Source: Bacteroidaceae bacterium (GTDB lineage: Bacteria > Bacteroidota > Bacteroidia > Bacteroidales > Bacteroidaceae). Taken from it: DNA of 64,000 nucleotides. The position numbers and the translations under genes were made by a program. Positions 45,648 to 55,863 of the stretch are shown here, in pieces (the stretch's first letter is position 1; each line of letters starts with the position of its first letter). Where the stretch lies: the NCBI GenBank assembly GCA_017965425.1, contig JAGCPY010000039.1, positions 11,389 through 75,388 on the forward strand, read 5' to 3'. The notes below the pieces were generated by a model, which was given only the letters and a program-made list of their open reading frames with translations, was not told the DNA's origin and did no database searches.

Positions 45648-47426
45648 TTATTCCTCACTTGCGGGCTGTTCCTGTGCAGCATCCACATTCTCTTCCATCG
45701 TAATGGTGCGGATACAGTAGTTGCTCGTGTCGAGAATATAGAAAATCAGGGTATTCTCTCCTGTAATGGCGTCTTTGTGTACGTCGTTGACCAGTCCTGT
45801 GGGACGGTGGAATCGGGCGAAGTCGCGCAATTCTCCGTTTTCATTACCGTAGGTCTCGCCATCGGCGTGCGTGGCGGCGCTGCCACCAGCGTATGTCTTC
45901 ACGATACCTTCAGGCGTGAGCAGACGAATGGCATCATTGCGGCTGTCACAGAAATAGAAGTCATAAATGTCATCTGAACCAGCAGCCTCATAGGCTTCGT
46001 TCTTCACAAAAGTACCTTGGTAGGGACGACGCAGACGAGCACTCTTGCCAACACCGTCGGTGAAGCCCTCGGCACTCATGTCACCTGCGATGACGTAGGG
46101 GGCAGAGAAGCGCTTCGTGGTTTCGTTATAATCTGTCCGGAGGATGTAGTTACGGTTGATGACCACAATGTAAGCAAATTTGCCGGAAGGATGAATGTCA
46201 ATCTGGAACTCCCAATAGGTATCCTGCACGGTGAACAGAATCTCAAAGGCACCTGTTCCCGCACTACTGCCAGAGGCAAGGTCGGTGAGGTTGTTGTTCA
46301 CGTATGGATCCCAACTGTAACCAGCACCGGGAAGCAAGGTATCCCAATACTTTTCCATATCCAGACGAATCACCTCACCTTTCTGGTAACTGGTAAAGTA
46401 CAACTCACCATTGACTGGGTGCAAACTGGCACCGTTGCATTGACGGTAGTTGGCCAACTGGCGAACCTGTGAGTTACGGCTAAAGTTTCCTTCTGCATCA
46501 CGATCGACGATATATACCGAGTGGGCACGATAGTTAGGGTCATCGTTATCAGCAGAGATGATGAGATGCTCACGCCAGCGCTTCTGATTTGGCGTGGCAT
46601 GATTGATCCAATCATCGGGAGCACGTCCGATAATCACACTGTCTTGCAGCTCTTCATCCCAGGTCTTCTCGAAGCTTCCGTCTTCATTATAGGCGAAGGG
46701 ATCTACAGCGAAGTCGATGGTGCGCAAGCGTTCGTTGGAAAACATCGACAAAGGAAGAATGGTCTGCACTGTCTTTTCCTTCAAGTCCAGAAGCTGAATA
46801 CCGTGAGCGACAGTGCCAAAGTGGGGTTCCTGATCATAGACAATGAAAAGGTGGTCATGGTTGTAGGGCGAGAATTGCATGACACCATCGTTCTTGAAAC
46901 CGCTGACGTTTTCTGACGAAGTGGCGTATGAACCATCGACCCAGACGACATCGTCTTCACGTTCGTAGCTCTTACCGCATAGGCGTCCGACCACCATCTT
47001 ACGTTCGTAGGTGAAAAGATCCTTTGCCACACCTTTCTGCTGTTGAACACTGACGGCCACGGCACCCGTAAGCACATTGTGGTCGATTTTATCGTAGGCG
47101 GCACTGGGCACGTATGCATAGAGTGCCGTGCTGCGAACACTGACGACGACAGCTTCCTTTCCACCAATGGTCACATGCACTTGTGAGGTGTCATTCCCGA
47201 AGTTACTGCCCTTGATGCAGATTTGCTGCCCCACGCTTCCAGATTTCGGTGTGAAGTCCGAAATAACGATGGGTCGCGAGGGGTCATAAGCATCAGATCC
47301 CTGCACACCTTGATAGTCCTCGGCAGTCGTCGAGGACTCACAGCTGAGCATGACACTGCTCATGGTCACCAAAGCGGCCATGAGCAGTAAGCATGTTAGT
47401 TGTTTGTTTTTCAGTTTTCTTGCCAT
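45648..47426 (-). CDS. IPT/TIG-domain lipoprotein with a beta-propeller-like C-terminal region
   Basis: Lipobox SSVMLSC. IPT/TIG segment ISDFTPKSGSVGQQICIKGSNFGNDTSQVHVTIGGKEAVVVSV. It sits immediately upstream of SusC. Confidence 0.7.
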   Translation of the reverse strand: MARKLKNKQLTCLLLMAALVTMSSVMLSCESSTTAEDYQGVQGSDAYDPSRPIVISDFTPKSGSVGQQICIKGSNFGNDTSQVHVTIGGKEAVVVSVRSTALYAYVPSAAYDKIDHNVLTGAVAVSVQQQKGVAKDLFTYERKMVVGRLCGKSYEREDDVVWVDGSYATSSENVSGFKNDGVMQFSPYNHDHLFIVYDQEPHFGTVAHGIQLLDLKEKTVQTILPLSMFSNERLRTIDFAVDPFAYNEDGSFEKTWDEELQDSVIIGRAPDDWINHATPNQKRWREHLIISADNDDPNYRAHSVYIVDRDAEGNFSRNSQVRQLANYRQCNGASLHPVNGELYFTSYQKGEVIRLDMEKYWDTLLPGAGYSWDPYVNNNLTDLASGSSAGTGAFEILFTVQDTYWEFQIDIHPSGKFAYIVVINRNYILRTDYNETTKRFSAPYVIAGDMSAEGFTDGVGKSARLRRPYQGTFVKNEAYEAAGSDDIYDFYFCDSRNDAIRLLTPEGIVKTYAGGSAATHADGETYGNENGELRDFARFHRPTGLVNDVHKDAITGENTLIFYILDTSNYCIRTITMEENVDAAQEQPASEE

Positions 47427-47448
47427 TATTTATGAGTTTTAAAGGTTT

Positions 47449-49899
47449 TCATTGTTTATCCACGAGGACGCGCATCCAGTGGCCTGCGATAACGGAACGT
47501 GCCTTGAAGCCCACCATGAGGGCGGTCTTGGTGTCATACCAGTCGCTGATAGGAACACGAGAACGTGTTTCGTTTACATAATCGTAGAGCGGATTGACGA
47601 ACTGCAGGAAGTCTTCTTTGGAATCGGCCATGCCAGCTGTCCACATGATCCAGTCGCTCTTGGTGTAGTCACGACGACAGTCAAGCGGCAGTCCATACTT
47701 GTTTTGCTTTGTGAGATAGTATTTCACGTCACGGGCCATCGCGTCATTCGGGAAGAGGTTCAACCCCCAGAGCTTGTCCCAAATCATGTTATACTTCTGA
47801 CTCCACGTGTCTTCGCGGTCGAAGGCAAGGCGATAGTGGTCGCCCTCACGTGCATCCTGTTCCCATTTGACAGCCATCTCACGCGCACGATTCATATATT
47901 TCTCAGCCGTCTCGGCATCGCCTTTGATGCGCGCCATCTCTGCATATCCGGCTACACCCATGATAGCCTTTACGCTGAGGTTGCAGTTGTGAGCCCAGTG
48001 TCCGGCAAAGTCGTCAGTGCAGAGCTGGTTACTGGGATCTTGTCCATTTTCTGAAAGATAGTCGGCCCAGGTCGTGATGATGTCCCAGTACTTATCGACA
48101 TACTTGGTGTTGCCATCGATGCGGCAGAGGTGGGCGGCCAGCGTGAGCATGTTACCGGCTTCCTCAAGAGGCATGTCACCTCCATAGACCTGACCATTGG
48201 CAATGGGATAGGTTCCGAGATCGTGCGCAGCAAAGGGCTTCGTCCAGCGTCCGCTGAGGCTGTAGTCGAAAATGCTGGTCATCTGTGCCTTTTGCAGTTC
48301 AGGGTTATAGATGAGGAAGAGCGGTGATTCGGGATAGGTCAAGTCAACCGTGTTCACACATCCGTTGGAGTTGTTCTCCTTTGAGAAGAAAAGCAAGTTG
48401 CCCTGATCATCACGGAAGAGCTTGTGAGCGGCGATGACGTGGCGGTAAGAAGCAGAGAGCAGTTCGGCATACTTCTTATCGCCAGACTTTTCGGCATCGT
48501 CGTAGATGACTTTATCAAAATCACGGCAACGCTGCATAATGCTGGCATACTCGCTGTTGAGGCGGTTGAACATGTCGAAGATGGTCACCTTGCCGTCATG
48601 TGCCCAATAGCCTTTGTAGCGTTTGAACATGTATTCGATGTCCTGAACTTCATCGTAACCAATGAGCATATAGCTGGCTGCCGAGCTCACGTTGCCAAAG
48701 TTGTGAGTATAGACGAGCTGGTCGCCCTCTGCCAGAGATACTTCGCCGTTGATGGCAGGGATGTAGAGATAACCCCAATCGATGCAAATGCCGTCGCCCT
48801 TCTTGGCAAGAATGGGCTGTTCGATAGTACCGCTCTTGGCATACTGGATGCCGCCTTCAGTGATGATTTCGGAAGTCGTGGCCTGTACAGGCTTGTTGAG
48901 CACCAACTCACGGGCTGCACTGATGCTGAGCTGCACGTCGTGTGCCTGTCCGTCGGTCGAACGCACTTGGTAGGAAATGTAGTTGATGGGCGAAGAGAGC
49001 AGGTCGTAGTCATCCATCAGCATCGGAGCAGTGAAGACCACATCGAGCTCCACAGGTCCGCAAGCGAAAGTATAATAAGTGTTGGTGGCCAACACATCGA
49101 CGCTTTTCTGTTCGGCAGTGAGGATGTTCGATTTCTCTTTGGAAGCATTGCAGAATAATCCAAAGTCCGTATAGGCTCCGCCAGTGGTGTTATGGCAGTG
49201 GGCGGCAATGATGTTCTCGCCCTCGTGGAGCAGTCCTTTCAGGTCGCCGACGAGATGCAGTCGTACGCCCTCCACCCATGTCTCTCCGGTGTCAGCCACC
49301 TTCGTGCCGTTGAGATAGAGTTCAAAGACGTCATCGTGGGAATAGATGACCCAAAGATCTTCCTGCAAGTCCTCGGCAGAGAGGTTCACTGTGCGGCGCA
49401 CATAGAGGTCGCTGTTCAGGTCACTCCAGTGTGTACGCACGAAGCTCAAGCCGTCTGAGCCCCAAGCGGCACGTCCGCGCATCCAGCCCTGCGGCTGGAA
49501 TCCAGGCTGCTGCCAGCCTTCACGCTGCACAGTTCGACTGTAATCGGCCTCCCATGCCTCTTCGTCAGCCATTGGCACGATGCTTTTCAGGACGACGCGT
49601 TCGGCGCCCATCCAGCGATAAGTCTGTCCATCTACCGCCAGCAGGCCCTCCAACGGCTTCTCGTCGTTCGTCCAATGACGGGTTGTGCCGTCTGTCAACT
49701 TGTCGTAAGGCGACCAAATGGAAAAATAGGGGTCAGACACGACGAGCGGCACCGACGGTGCACGCAGTTCCGTTGTCTGATAAGGCACAAAAAGGTCTGA
49801 ACCTGGAACGGCACCCTGACGGGAACAGCTCGTTCCACTCACTACCACCGCCAAGAGAGCGGTTTGGAAAAAAGCATTCAATTTTTTCATTTTGCTCAT
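47449..49899 (-). CDS. Glutaminase-A-like (DUF4965/DUF1793 family) putative glycoside hydrolase
   Basis: LRAPSVPLVVSDPYFSIWSPYDKLTDGTTRHW...DGQTYRWMG and the C-terminal (alpha/alpha)6-like region are typical of the family. It is the first gene of the minus-strand PUL run. Confidence 0.7.
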   Translation of the reverse strand: MSKMKKLNAFFQTALLAVVVSGTSCSRQGAVPGSDLFVPYQTTELRAPSVPLVVSDPYFSIWSPYDKLTDGTTRHWTNDEKPLEGLLAVDGQTYRWMGAERVVLKSIVPMADEEAWEADYSRTVQREGWQQPGFQPQGWMRGRAAWGSDGLSFVRTHWSDLNSDLYVRRTVNLSAEDLQEDLWVIYSHDDVFELYLNGTKVADTGETWVEGVRLHLVGDLKGLLHEGENIIAAHCHNTTGGAYTDFGLFCNASKEKSNILTAEQKSVDVLATNTYYTFACGPVELDVVFTAPMLMDDYDLLSSPINYISYQVRSTDGQAHDVQLSISAARELVLNKPVQATTSEIITEGGIQYAKSGTIEQPILAKKGDGICIDWGYLYIPAINGEVSLAEGDQLVYTHNFGNVSSAASYMLIGYDEVQDIEYMFKRYKGYWAHDGKVTIFDMFNRLNSEYASIMQRCRDFDKVIYDDAEKSGDKKYAELLSASYRHVIAAHKLFRDDQGNLLFFSKENNSNGCVNTVDLTYPESPLFLIYNPELQKAQMTSIFDYSLSGRWTKPFAAHDLGTYPIANGQVYGGDMPLEEAGNMLTLAAHLCRIDGNTKYVDKYWDIITTWADYLSENGQDPSNQLCTDDFAGHWAHNCNLSVKAIMGVAGYAEMARIKGDAETAEKYMNRAREMAVKWEQDAREGDHYRLAFDREDTWSQKYNMIWDKLWGLNLFPNDAMARDVKYYLTKQNKYGLPLDCRRDYTKSDWIMWTAGMADSKEDFLQFVNPLYDYVNETRSRVPISDWYDTKTALMVGFKARSVIAGHWMRVLVDKQ

Positions 49900-50245
49900 T
49901 CAGTTATAATGGATTTCGTTGTTCATTCTTAAGATGTTTTTCCTGTCAAACAATCTTCTTACACTTACCCGGACTTCTCCTGAAAACTTTTCAAACTAAA
50001 CTAATACTAACTAACTAAATAACTATGTATAACAACAAACGAGTCTTCATGTTCTCTAAACTAACCTTTGTTTCATCCGCATTCATCTACGTCAGAGACT
50101 TTTTCAACGGCAAAGGTCATCATTTCCTATGTAAAGAAAGGGCAAATGCTCTTCAAAACACAAAAAAAACCGTTCATCTGGCAACTTTAACCTTTTGCTA
50201 TAAATTTATTGCACCATTATTGTTGCTTTCTGAAATACTATTGCT

Positions 50246-50253
50246 ATATTTGC
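50246..50253 (+). promoter_or_regulatory. -7 box upstream of GH43 gene 1
   Basis: TATATTTG lies 25 nt upstream of the ATG at 50278. Confidence 0.4.
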
Positions 50254-50277
50254 AGCCGAAAAGACTAACACGCTCCC

Positions 50278-51303
50278 ATGAAAAAGAGCTTATTTATCCT
50301 TCTTATCCCCTTGTTCCTGTTCGGGATGGCAGCTTGCCATCAGCCCCGTCCGTCCACCCAACAGACACAGATGCTTTTCCGTTCCGGTCACTACCCACAC
50401 GCTTTCTTCTGGAACGGCACCTATTATTATACAATGCAGCCCGATGGCAACGACATCACCCTCTATGCGACCCGAGACCTATCTCTCTTGCCGCAGTCGC
50501 AGCATAAGGTCGTGTGGAGTGCCGACTCACTGGGCTTCCAGCATTTCTGGTCACCAGAAATCCACCGCATCAACGGACGATGGTACATCTACTTCGAGGC
50601 CGATGATGGCAACACCGACAACCACCAGCTCTACGTGATCGAGAATACCGGCGACGACCCCATGCAGGGGACATGGCAACTGCGCGGACCGCTTCAGACC
50701 AACGAAGACTGGAACTTTGGCATTCATCCAAACGTCCTCAGCGTCGGCGGAGAACTTTACCTGTTCTGGTCAGGATGGCCAAAGCGACGCGTGGAACACG
50801 AGACGCAATGTATCTATATCGCCCGCCTCAGCGATCCGTGGACCGTCGCCTCCGAGCGTGTCATGCTTTCACGTCCTGAATATGAGTGGGAACGCCAGTG
50901 GATTAACCCCGACGGCAGCCGCTCTGCCTATCCCATCTACGTCAACGAGAATCCACAAGCACTACTTTCACCCGACGGACGCCACGTACACCTTTATTAT
51001 TCTGCCAGTGGCATTTGGACACGCTACCATGTTCTTGGCGCACTCTCGGCTCCGGCTAATGCCAACCTGCTCGACCCTGGAGTATGGACCAAAGCGCCCG
51101 AACCCGTGCTGGTTGATACGGCTGTTTATGGAGCTTCCAACATCTGCGTAGTGCCTGACACCGTGTCATCGTCGGATGCAAGTCGTGCGTTGCTACTCTA
51201 CGATGCTCTTTGGATGGAGGATGGGCATGAACAACGCAGTGTCTTCCTCAAGACAATCAGCTGGACCGATGACGGACAACCCGTGTTCTGCCAACCTACA
51301 TAG
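50278..51303 (+). CDS. GH43-family glycoside hydrolase (lipoprotein)
   Basis: Lipobox LFGMAAC. Motifs FWSPEIHRINGRWYIYF and NENPQAL. Confidence 0.75.
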   Translation: MKKSLFILLIPLFLFGMAACHQPRPSTQQTQMLFRSGHYPHAFFWNGTYYYTMQPDGNDITLYATRDLSLLPQSQHKVVWSADSLGFQHFWSPEIHRINGRWYIYFEADDGNTDNHQLYVIENTGDDPMQGTWQLRGPLQTNEDWNFGIHPNVLSVGGELYLFWSGWPKRRVEHETQCIYIARLSDPWTVASERVMLSRPEYEWERQWINPDGSRSAYPIYVNENPQALLSPDGRHVHLYYSASGIWTRYHVLGALSAPANANLLDPGVWTKAPEPVLVDTAVYGASNICVVPDTVSSSDASRALLLYDALWMEDGHEQRSVFLKTISWTDDGQPVFCQPT

Positions 51304-51316
51304 GTTTTTTCTTGTA

Positions 51317-51519
51317 AATAGTCTCAATCCCTCACCTCTTGCAGTATTTGACTGTCGGATAATTATTTACGTGTGAGGGAATGGTGAGGGAATGGTGAGG
51401 GATGGTGAGGGATTCAGGAAAAGCCTCACCATCCCTCACCTATCTCTCACCAATCCCTCACCTGCAACACGTTGTCATCCAAATATTTACTACAAAAGGT
51501 GAGGGATTGAGACTTTTTT
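51317..51519. repeat. Double CCCTCACC hairpin element (family R2)
   Basis: Two hairpins with 33-nt loops at 51338-51370 and 51464-51496. The centre is a palindrome of GGTGAGGGA tandem copies. The element ends GAGACTTTTTT. It lies between convergent genes. Confidence 0.85.
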
Positions 51520-51564
51520 CAGGAAAAACCTCATGTAGAAGTGGAAAGAGAACGTAACGAATAA

Positions 51565-51646
51565 GTATGCACGGCAGAAAGTACAGACCTTTCAGGCAGA
51601 AGGTGCAGACGTTCCCGACAGAAGGTGTACAGCTTCCGTCAGTCAC
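51565..51646. repeat. Array of ~22-bp repeats (family R1)
   Basis: Units start at 51565 (a short 16-bp unit), 51581, 51603 and 51625, e.g. GTGCAGACGTTCCCGACAGAAG. The last unit overlaps the hybrid regulator's stop codon. Confidence 0.7.
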
Positions 51647-54600
51647 CTGTTTGCTTTTCGCTCTTGAGCTGAGTAAGATAGTCCTTCGGCAGTACGCCAT
51701 ATTTGGCGCGGAAGCACTTGGCGAAATAGGAACTGGAGGTGAAGCCCACTTGGTCGGCCACTTCCGTGATACGCTGCCCTTGACGCAACAGCTGTGCGGC
51801 ACGTTCGAGACGCTGGGTCTTCATGTAGTCAACGGGTGTCAAGTCAGTGAGTGCCTTGATTTTCCGATAGAAGCTGCTGCGGCTCATGTTCATCTGTTCG
51901 GCCAGGATGTCGATGGAGAACTGCTCGTCCTTCATATTCTGCCTCACTAACTCTTGCAAGCGTTCCATGAACTGTAAGTCCTGCTGGTTGATACCGAACT
52001 CGCTTTCTGCGGTGAGGGCGGCTTGCGCGCCATCCACCTGCTTCATACGTTCGTAGAAGCTCTGGCGGATGCGCAAGAGGCTGGAGATTTGAAGGTGAAG
52101 CTGTTTCATGGAGAAGGGTTTCTCCATGTAAATATCTGCTCCGCTCTGCATTCCTTCGAGTTTGGCTTCCATCGTGGTCTTTGCTGTGAGCAGGATAACG
52201 GGAAGATGCGAGTAATTGATGTCGGATTTCAGCTGACGGCAAAGCTCGTTGCCGTCCATGCGCGGCATCATAAGGTCAGACACGATGACATCGACTTCAT
52301 GATGGCGAAGCACATCGAGAGCCTCGACCCCGTCGTGTGCCTTCATGACATGATACCACTTTCGGAGACCGTCTGCCGTGGCGCGCAAGAGCTCTTCATT
52401 ATCCTCGACGAGCAGGATGCGGAACGAGCGTGTGCCCGCAGAAGCGGGAACGGTTTCAGCCGACTCTGTCACATTCTGCGAATCAGGCTCTCTCAGAGCA
52501 CTGGCGACCGTCTTGTCCTGACGGATGGGCAAGGTAAGGGTGAAGTTTGAACCTCCGCCGACGGCATCAGTATAGCTGATGTCGCCTCCGTGAGCCTTGG
52601 CCAGCATTTTGGCGTATGAAAGGCCGAGTCCTGTGCCGAGGTGAGCAGCAGTGGCGTCGCCCGCAATCTGGTAATAGACATCGAAGATGCGGTCGCGCTC
52701 AGACGGAGGCACGCCGGGGCCGTCGTCGATGATGGAGATGGCGAACACGTCCTCCGCCGTCTGCTCCAAGCGGATGATGACCTCGGAACGGGCGTACTTC
52801 AAGGCATTACCCAAGAGATTCATCAAGACCTTGGATACCTTGTCGCGGTCGAGGGTGGTTTGGATAGGCACTTCGGGCAGTTGCAGCTGCAACGACTGTC
52901 CCTGCACCTTCATCGGATCCTTGAACTGTCGGTAGATGCCGTCCAGCAGTTGCGTCACATCGCAAGGTGTCATCTGCAGGTTGATGCTGCCGCCGTTCTC
53001 GACTTTCTGGAAGTCGAGCAGCTGATTGGTAATACCCAAGAGGTAGTTGGTGTTGCGGCGGATGGCGTGGACGTGGTTGCGGTTCTCGTCGGAGAGTTCG
53101 CCTTCCTCCATCTGTTCCAAAGGAAGGTTGATGAGGCTGAGAGGCGTCCGTATCTCATGGACAAGATTGATGAAGAAGTTGATCTTCGACTGGAAGTTCT
53201 CTTTCTCTTGCAGCAGACGGAACTCCTCCATGCGTGCTTCATAGCTCCGACGGAACCGCTGGTTTGCACGAAGGAACAATAAGAAGATGAGCAAGATAAA
53301 CGCCAGGGCGTATGTGACGTATGCCCAAGGCGTTCGGTACCACGGCGAGAGGATGGTGATTTGCAGTCGAGCGTAGTTCTTGACATTGTCGTCGCCCGCC
53401 TCGCGCAGCAGGAACTCGTAGGTGCCAGGGAGCAGGTTGGAATAGGTGACTTCGCGGTTCTCGGAGCCGCGAACCCATGTCTTGTCGAAGCCTTGCATGA
53501 GATACTCATAGTGGATGAGCGTGCGTCCGCTGTAGCGTGGCGAAGCAAAGTGCAACGTGAAATGGTTGTCTGTGAACGGCAAACGGATGGATTCGACGGT
53601 GTAAAGCGAACGGTTCAATCCCAGACGTTTCAGCTCGTCCTGACTGTCTTCGACATTAGGGAAAGTGAGATGCGTGATGTAAACAGGGGCCTGCACTTCA
53701 CTGGGTTTCATCTTTGCAGGGTCGAAACTGATGATTCTGCCGTTGCAACCTACGTGAATACGTCCGTCGGGAGTGCTGCAAGAGGCATTCCAAGGTTTCT
53801 GTTCACGCACGTTGCTGGACGAACTGGTGAAAGCATTCCACTGGAGGCGGCGGTTGCGACCGAGGTAAGCAAGACCGCCGTCTGTGCCCAGCCAGAGAGC
53901 GTGGTAAGCATCTTCCTGAATGAAGTAAACCTGTTCTGTCTGTGACAATGTCCCGGGCATGCCCACCCGCTCAAAGTCGTCCGTTTTAGGCTCATATCGG
54001 CAGAAGCCACCCCCTTTGGTGGCTACCCAAACGTATCCTTGACTATCGCAGGTGATGCTGGTGACTGCATTGTTGGGCAGTGAGCGCAGGTCGTCGGGTC
54101 GTGCCAGATAAGAGGTAAAGGACGATGCCCCTTTCCGCTTGACGAACAGACCGTGGCTGTCACTGGCGGCCCAGATGTTGCCACCGGTATCTTCGGAAAT
54201 AGCTGTGAAGCCTGTCATGGAACTGATTTCGGGGAAGAACATGAAGTGGTCGTTCTTGCGGTCATAGAGCCGCAAGCCCCAGCTGGTACCGACGTAGATG
54301 TCACCCCCAGAGGTTTTCAGCAGGCTGTAAACCTCGTTAGAGGCTATGGAATAGGGACGGTCAGCAGAATAAGTATAGTGACGCAAGGCTCCCGTGGACG
54401 TGTTCAGCACATACAATCCCGCGTGCAGCGTTCCTATCCACAGGTCGTCGCCGTCTTCCATGAGCACGCTCACCTCGGTGATAGGCTGTTTCAGCACTGC
54501 CGGATGGTGGATGCCCTGTCCACCATTTTCCTGTACATAAAGTCCGGCATCGGTGCCCACCCAGAGCCGTCCGTCGCGAGTGAGGCAAAAGGCCATTGCC

Positions 54601-55676
54601 ATGTTACGCGTGCTGCCTTCGATGGTGGGCAGGAATGTGGTCTCGAGGCTGTTAGGCACTGGCGAACGATAGCAGATGCCGCCATGCTCGGTCAAGACCC
54701 ACAGCGTACCGTCGTCGCTGGTCAGCAGGCCGTTGATGCAGTCGTCGCTCAACCCGTCGATGGCCGATGCCGGGTCGTCCATGCGGCTGAAATGGCTGGT
54801 GCTGATATCGTAGGCATACAAGCCGTGGTCGGTGCCCAGCAGCAAATGGCCGTCGTCCTGGGCCAGAAGGGCACGGATGAAGGTGACACCTGACGGCGTG
54901 GGCACCAGATCAATGGCATGGTTCTCTGGGTTAAGGCGGTAAAGTCCCTGGTCACACCCCATAAACAACCGACTGCCGACGTGTTCGACACACATCAGGT
55001 TCTTATCGACCACAAAACCTGGCACGTCGTACTGACGCTGGAAGTTGCCGTCCTGGTCATAAACCAGAAGCTGACCGTCCAACGATACCAGATACACCAG
55101 TCCGTCCGTTCCGATGGTCAGGTCCGAGAAAAAACTGTTACGCCGACTGTCCTGGGTGAGAACACCGCTTTGAGGATTATAGAGGAAGAGTCCTTGTCCC
55201 TGTGTGCAAATCCAGATGAGGCCGTTCTGCGTCCGTGCCATCCGTCCGACAGTGGAACTGACCAGCACACCATAGCGCGTCGCCTTGTCGAAGCGTGTAA
55301 ACGCGTTGGAATCGCGATGATAGATATATAGGCCGAATGAACCGCCGAACCAGATGTCGCCGTCCTGTTCCAGCAAAGAGGTGATGAGGTTGTTCTCGAA
55401 GGCAGCATCAACCATGTTGCGGTAGATGGTATTGCGTTGGCCGTCGTAGCAGTTCAGGCCATTGGCCGTGCCCAGCCATATAAAGCCGTATCTGTCCTGC
55501 AAGGCACATAGGACGCGATTGTCCGCGAGGCCGTCAACGGCCATATAACTCTTGAAATTCAACGGAGCCGCCGACATCTGTGGGCTGACCAGAAGCAGAC
55601 CACACAGACACCATAGCATCAAGAGAGAAAGCAAATGTCTTGCCATGCGTTCAACTTTGAAGGCGAAATGTCTCAT
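51639..55676 (-). CDS. Hybrid two-component system regulator (periplasmic beta-propeller sensor, HisKA/HATPase, receiver, AraC HTH)
   Basis: Propeller repeats, then a TM helix, then HEIRTPLS (the H-box), GTGLGLSYAK (the G2 box), the receiver ILLVEDNEELL...DLMMPRMDG, and the AraC HTH C-terminus. The start may instead be the Met at 55646. Confidence 0.9.
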   Translation of the reverse strand: MRHFAFKVERMARHLLSLLMLWCLCGLLLVSPQMSAAPLNFKSYMAVDGLADNRVLCALQDRYGFIWLGTANGLNCYDGQRNTIYRNMVDAAFENNLITSLLEQDGDIWFGGSFGLYIYHRDSNAFTRFDKATRYGVLVSSTVGRMARTQNGLIWICTQGQGLFLYNPQSGVLTQDSRRNSFFSDLTIGTDGLVYLVSLDGQLLVYDQDGNFQRQYDVPGFVVDKNLMCVEHVGSRLFMGCDQGLYRLNPENHAIDLVPTPSGVTFIRALLAQDDGHLLLGTDHGLYAYDISTSHFSRMDDPASAIDGLSDDCINGLLTSDDGTLWVLTEHGGICYRSPVPNSLETTFLPTIEGSTRNMAMAFCLTRDGRLWVGTDAGLYVQENGGQGIHHPAVLKQPITEVSVLMEDGDDLWIGTLHAGLYVLNTSTGALRHYTYSADRPYSIASNEVYSLLKTSGGDIYVGTSWGLRLYDRKNDHFMFFPEISSMTGFTAISEDTGGNIWAASDSHGLFVKRKGASSFTSYLARPDDLRSLPNNAVTSITCDSQGYVWVATKGGGFCRYEPKTDDFERVGMPGTLSQTEQVYFIQEDAYHALWLGTDGGLAYLGRNRRLQWNAFTSSSSNVREQKPWNASCSTPDGRIHVGCNGRIISFDPAKMKPSEVQAPVYITHLTFPNVEDSQDELKRLGLNRSLYTVESIRLPFTDNHFTLHFASPRYSGRTLIHYEYLMQGFDKTWVRGSENREVTYSNLLPGTYEFLLREAGDDNVKNYARLQITILSPWYRTPWAYVTYALAFILLIFLLFLRANQRFRRSYEARMEEFRLLQEKENFQSKINFFINLVHEIRTPLSLINLPLEQMEEGELSDENRNHVHAIRRNTNYLLGITNQLLDFQKVENGGSINLQMTPCDVTQLLDGIYRQFKDPMKVQGQSLQLQLPEVPIQTTLDRDKVSKVLMNLLGNALKYARSEVIIRLEQTAEDVFAISIIDDGPGVPPSERDRIFDVYYQIAGDATAAHLGTGLGLSYAKMLAKAHGGDISYTDAVGGGSNFTLTLPIRQDKTVASALREPDSQNVTESAETVPASAGTRSFRILLVEDNEELLRATADGLRKWYHVMKAHDGVEALDVLRHHEVDVIVSDLMMPRMDGNELCRQLKSDINYSHLPVILLTAKTTMEAKLEGMQSGADIYMEKPFSMKQLHLQISSLLRIRQSFYERMKQVDGAQAALTAESEFGINQQDLQFMERLQELVRQNMKDEQFSIDILAEQMNMSRSSFYRKIKALTDLTPVDYMKTQRLERAAQLLRQGQRITEVADQVGFTSSSYFAKCFRAKYGVLPKDYLTQLKSEKQTGD

Positions 55677-55707
55677 AGCTTATCATATATATAAGGATAT
55701 TACCGCG

Positions 55708-55715
55708 CAAAGTTA
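55708..55715 (-). promoter_or_regulatory. -7 box (TAACTTTG on the minus strand) upstream of the hybrid regulator
   Basis: The plus strand reads CAAAGTTA, 32 nt upstream of the ATG at 55676. Confidence 0.4.
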
Positions 55716-55832
55716 ATCCTTTTTGTAAAAAAGAACAAAACATAAAAGTAAGGTTATGAATGAAATCCAGCGATTGAAACGATATTTTCCCTTTCTGAAC
55801 AATTATTTTCCTTCCTCTTGTGCGCAAGCCCG

Positions 55833-55840
55833 TACCTTTG
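55833..55840 (+). promoter_or_regulatory. -7 box upstream of GH43 gene 2
   Basis: TACCTTTG lies 24 nt upstream of the ATG at 55864. Confidence 0.45.
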
Positions 55841-55863
55841 CCTCAGAAAACAAACACATCGTT

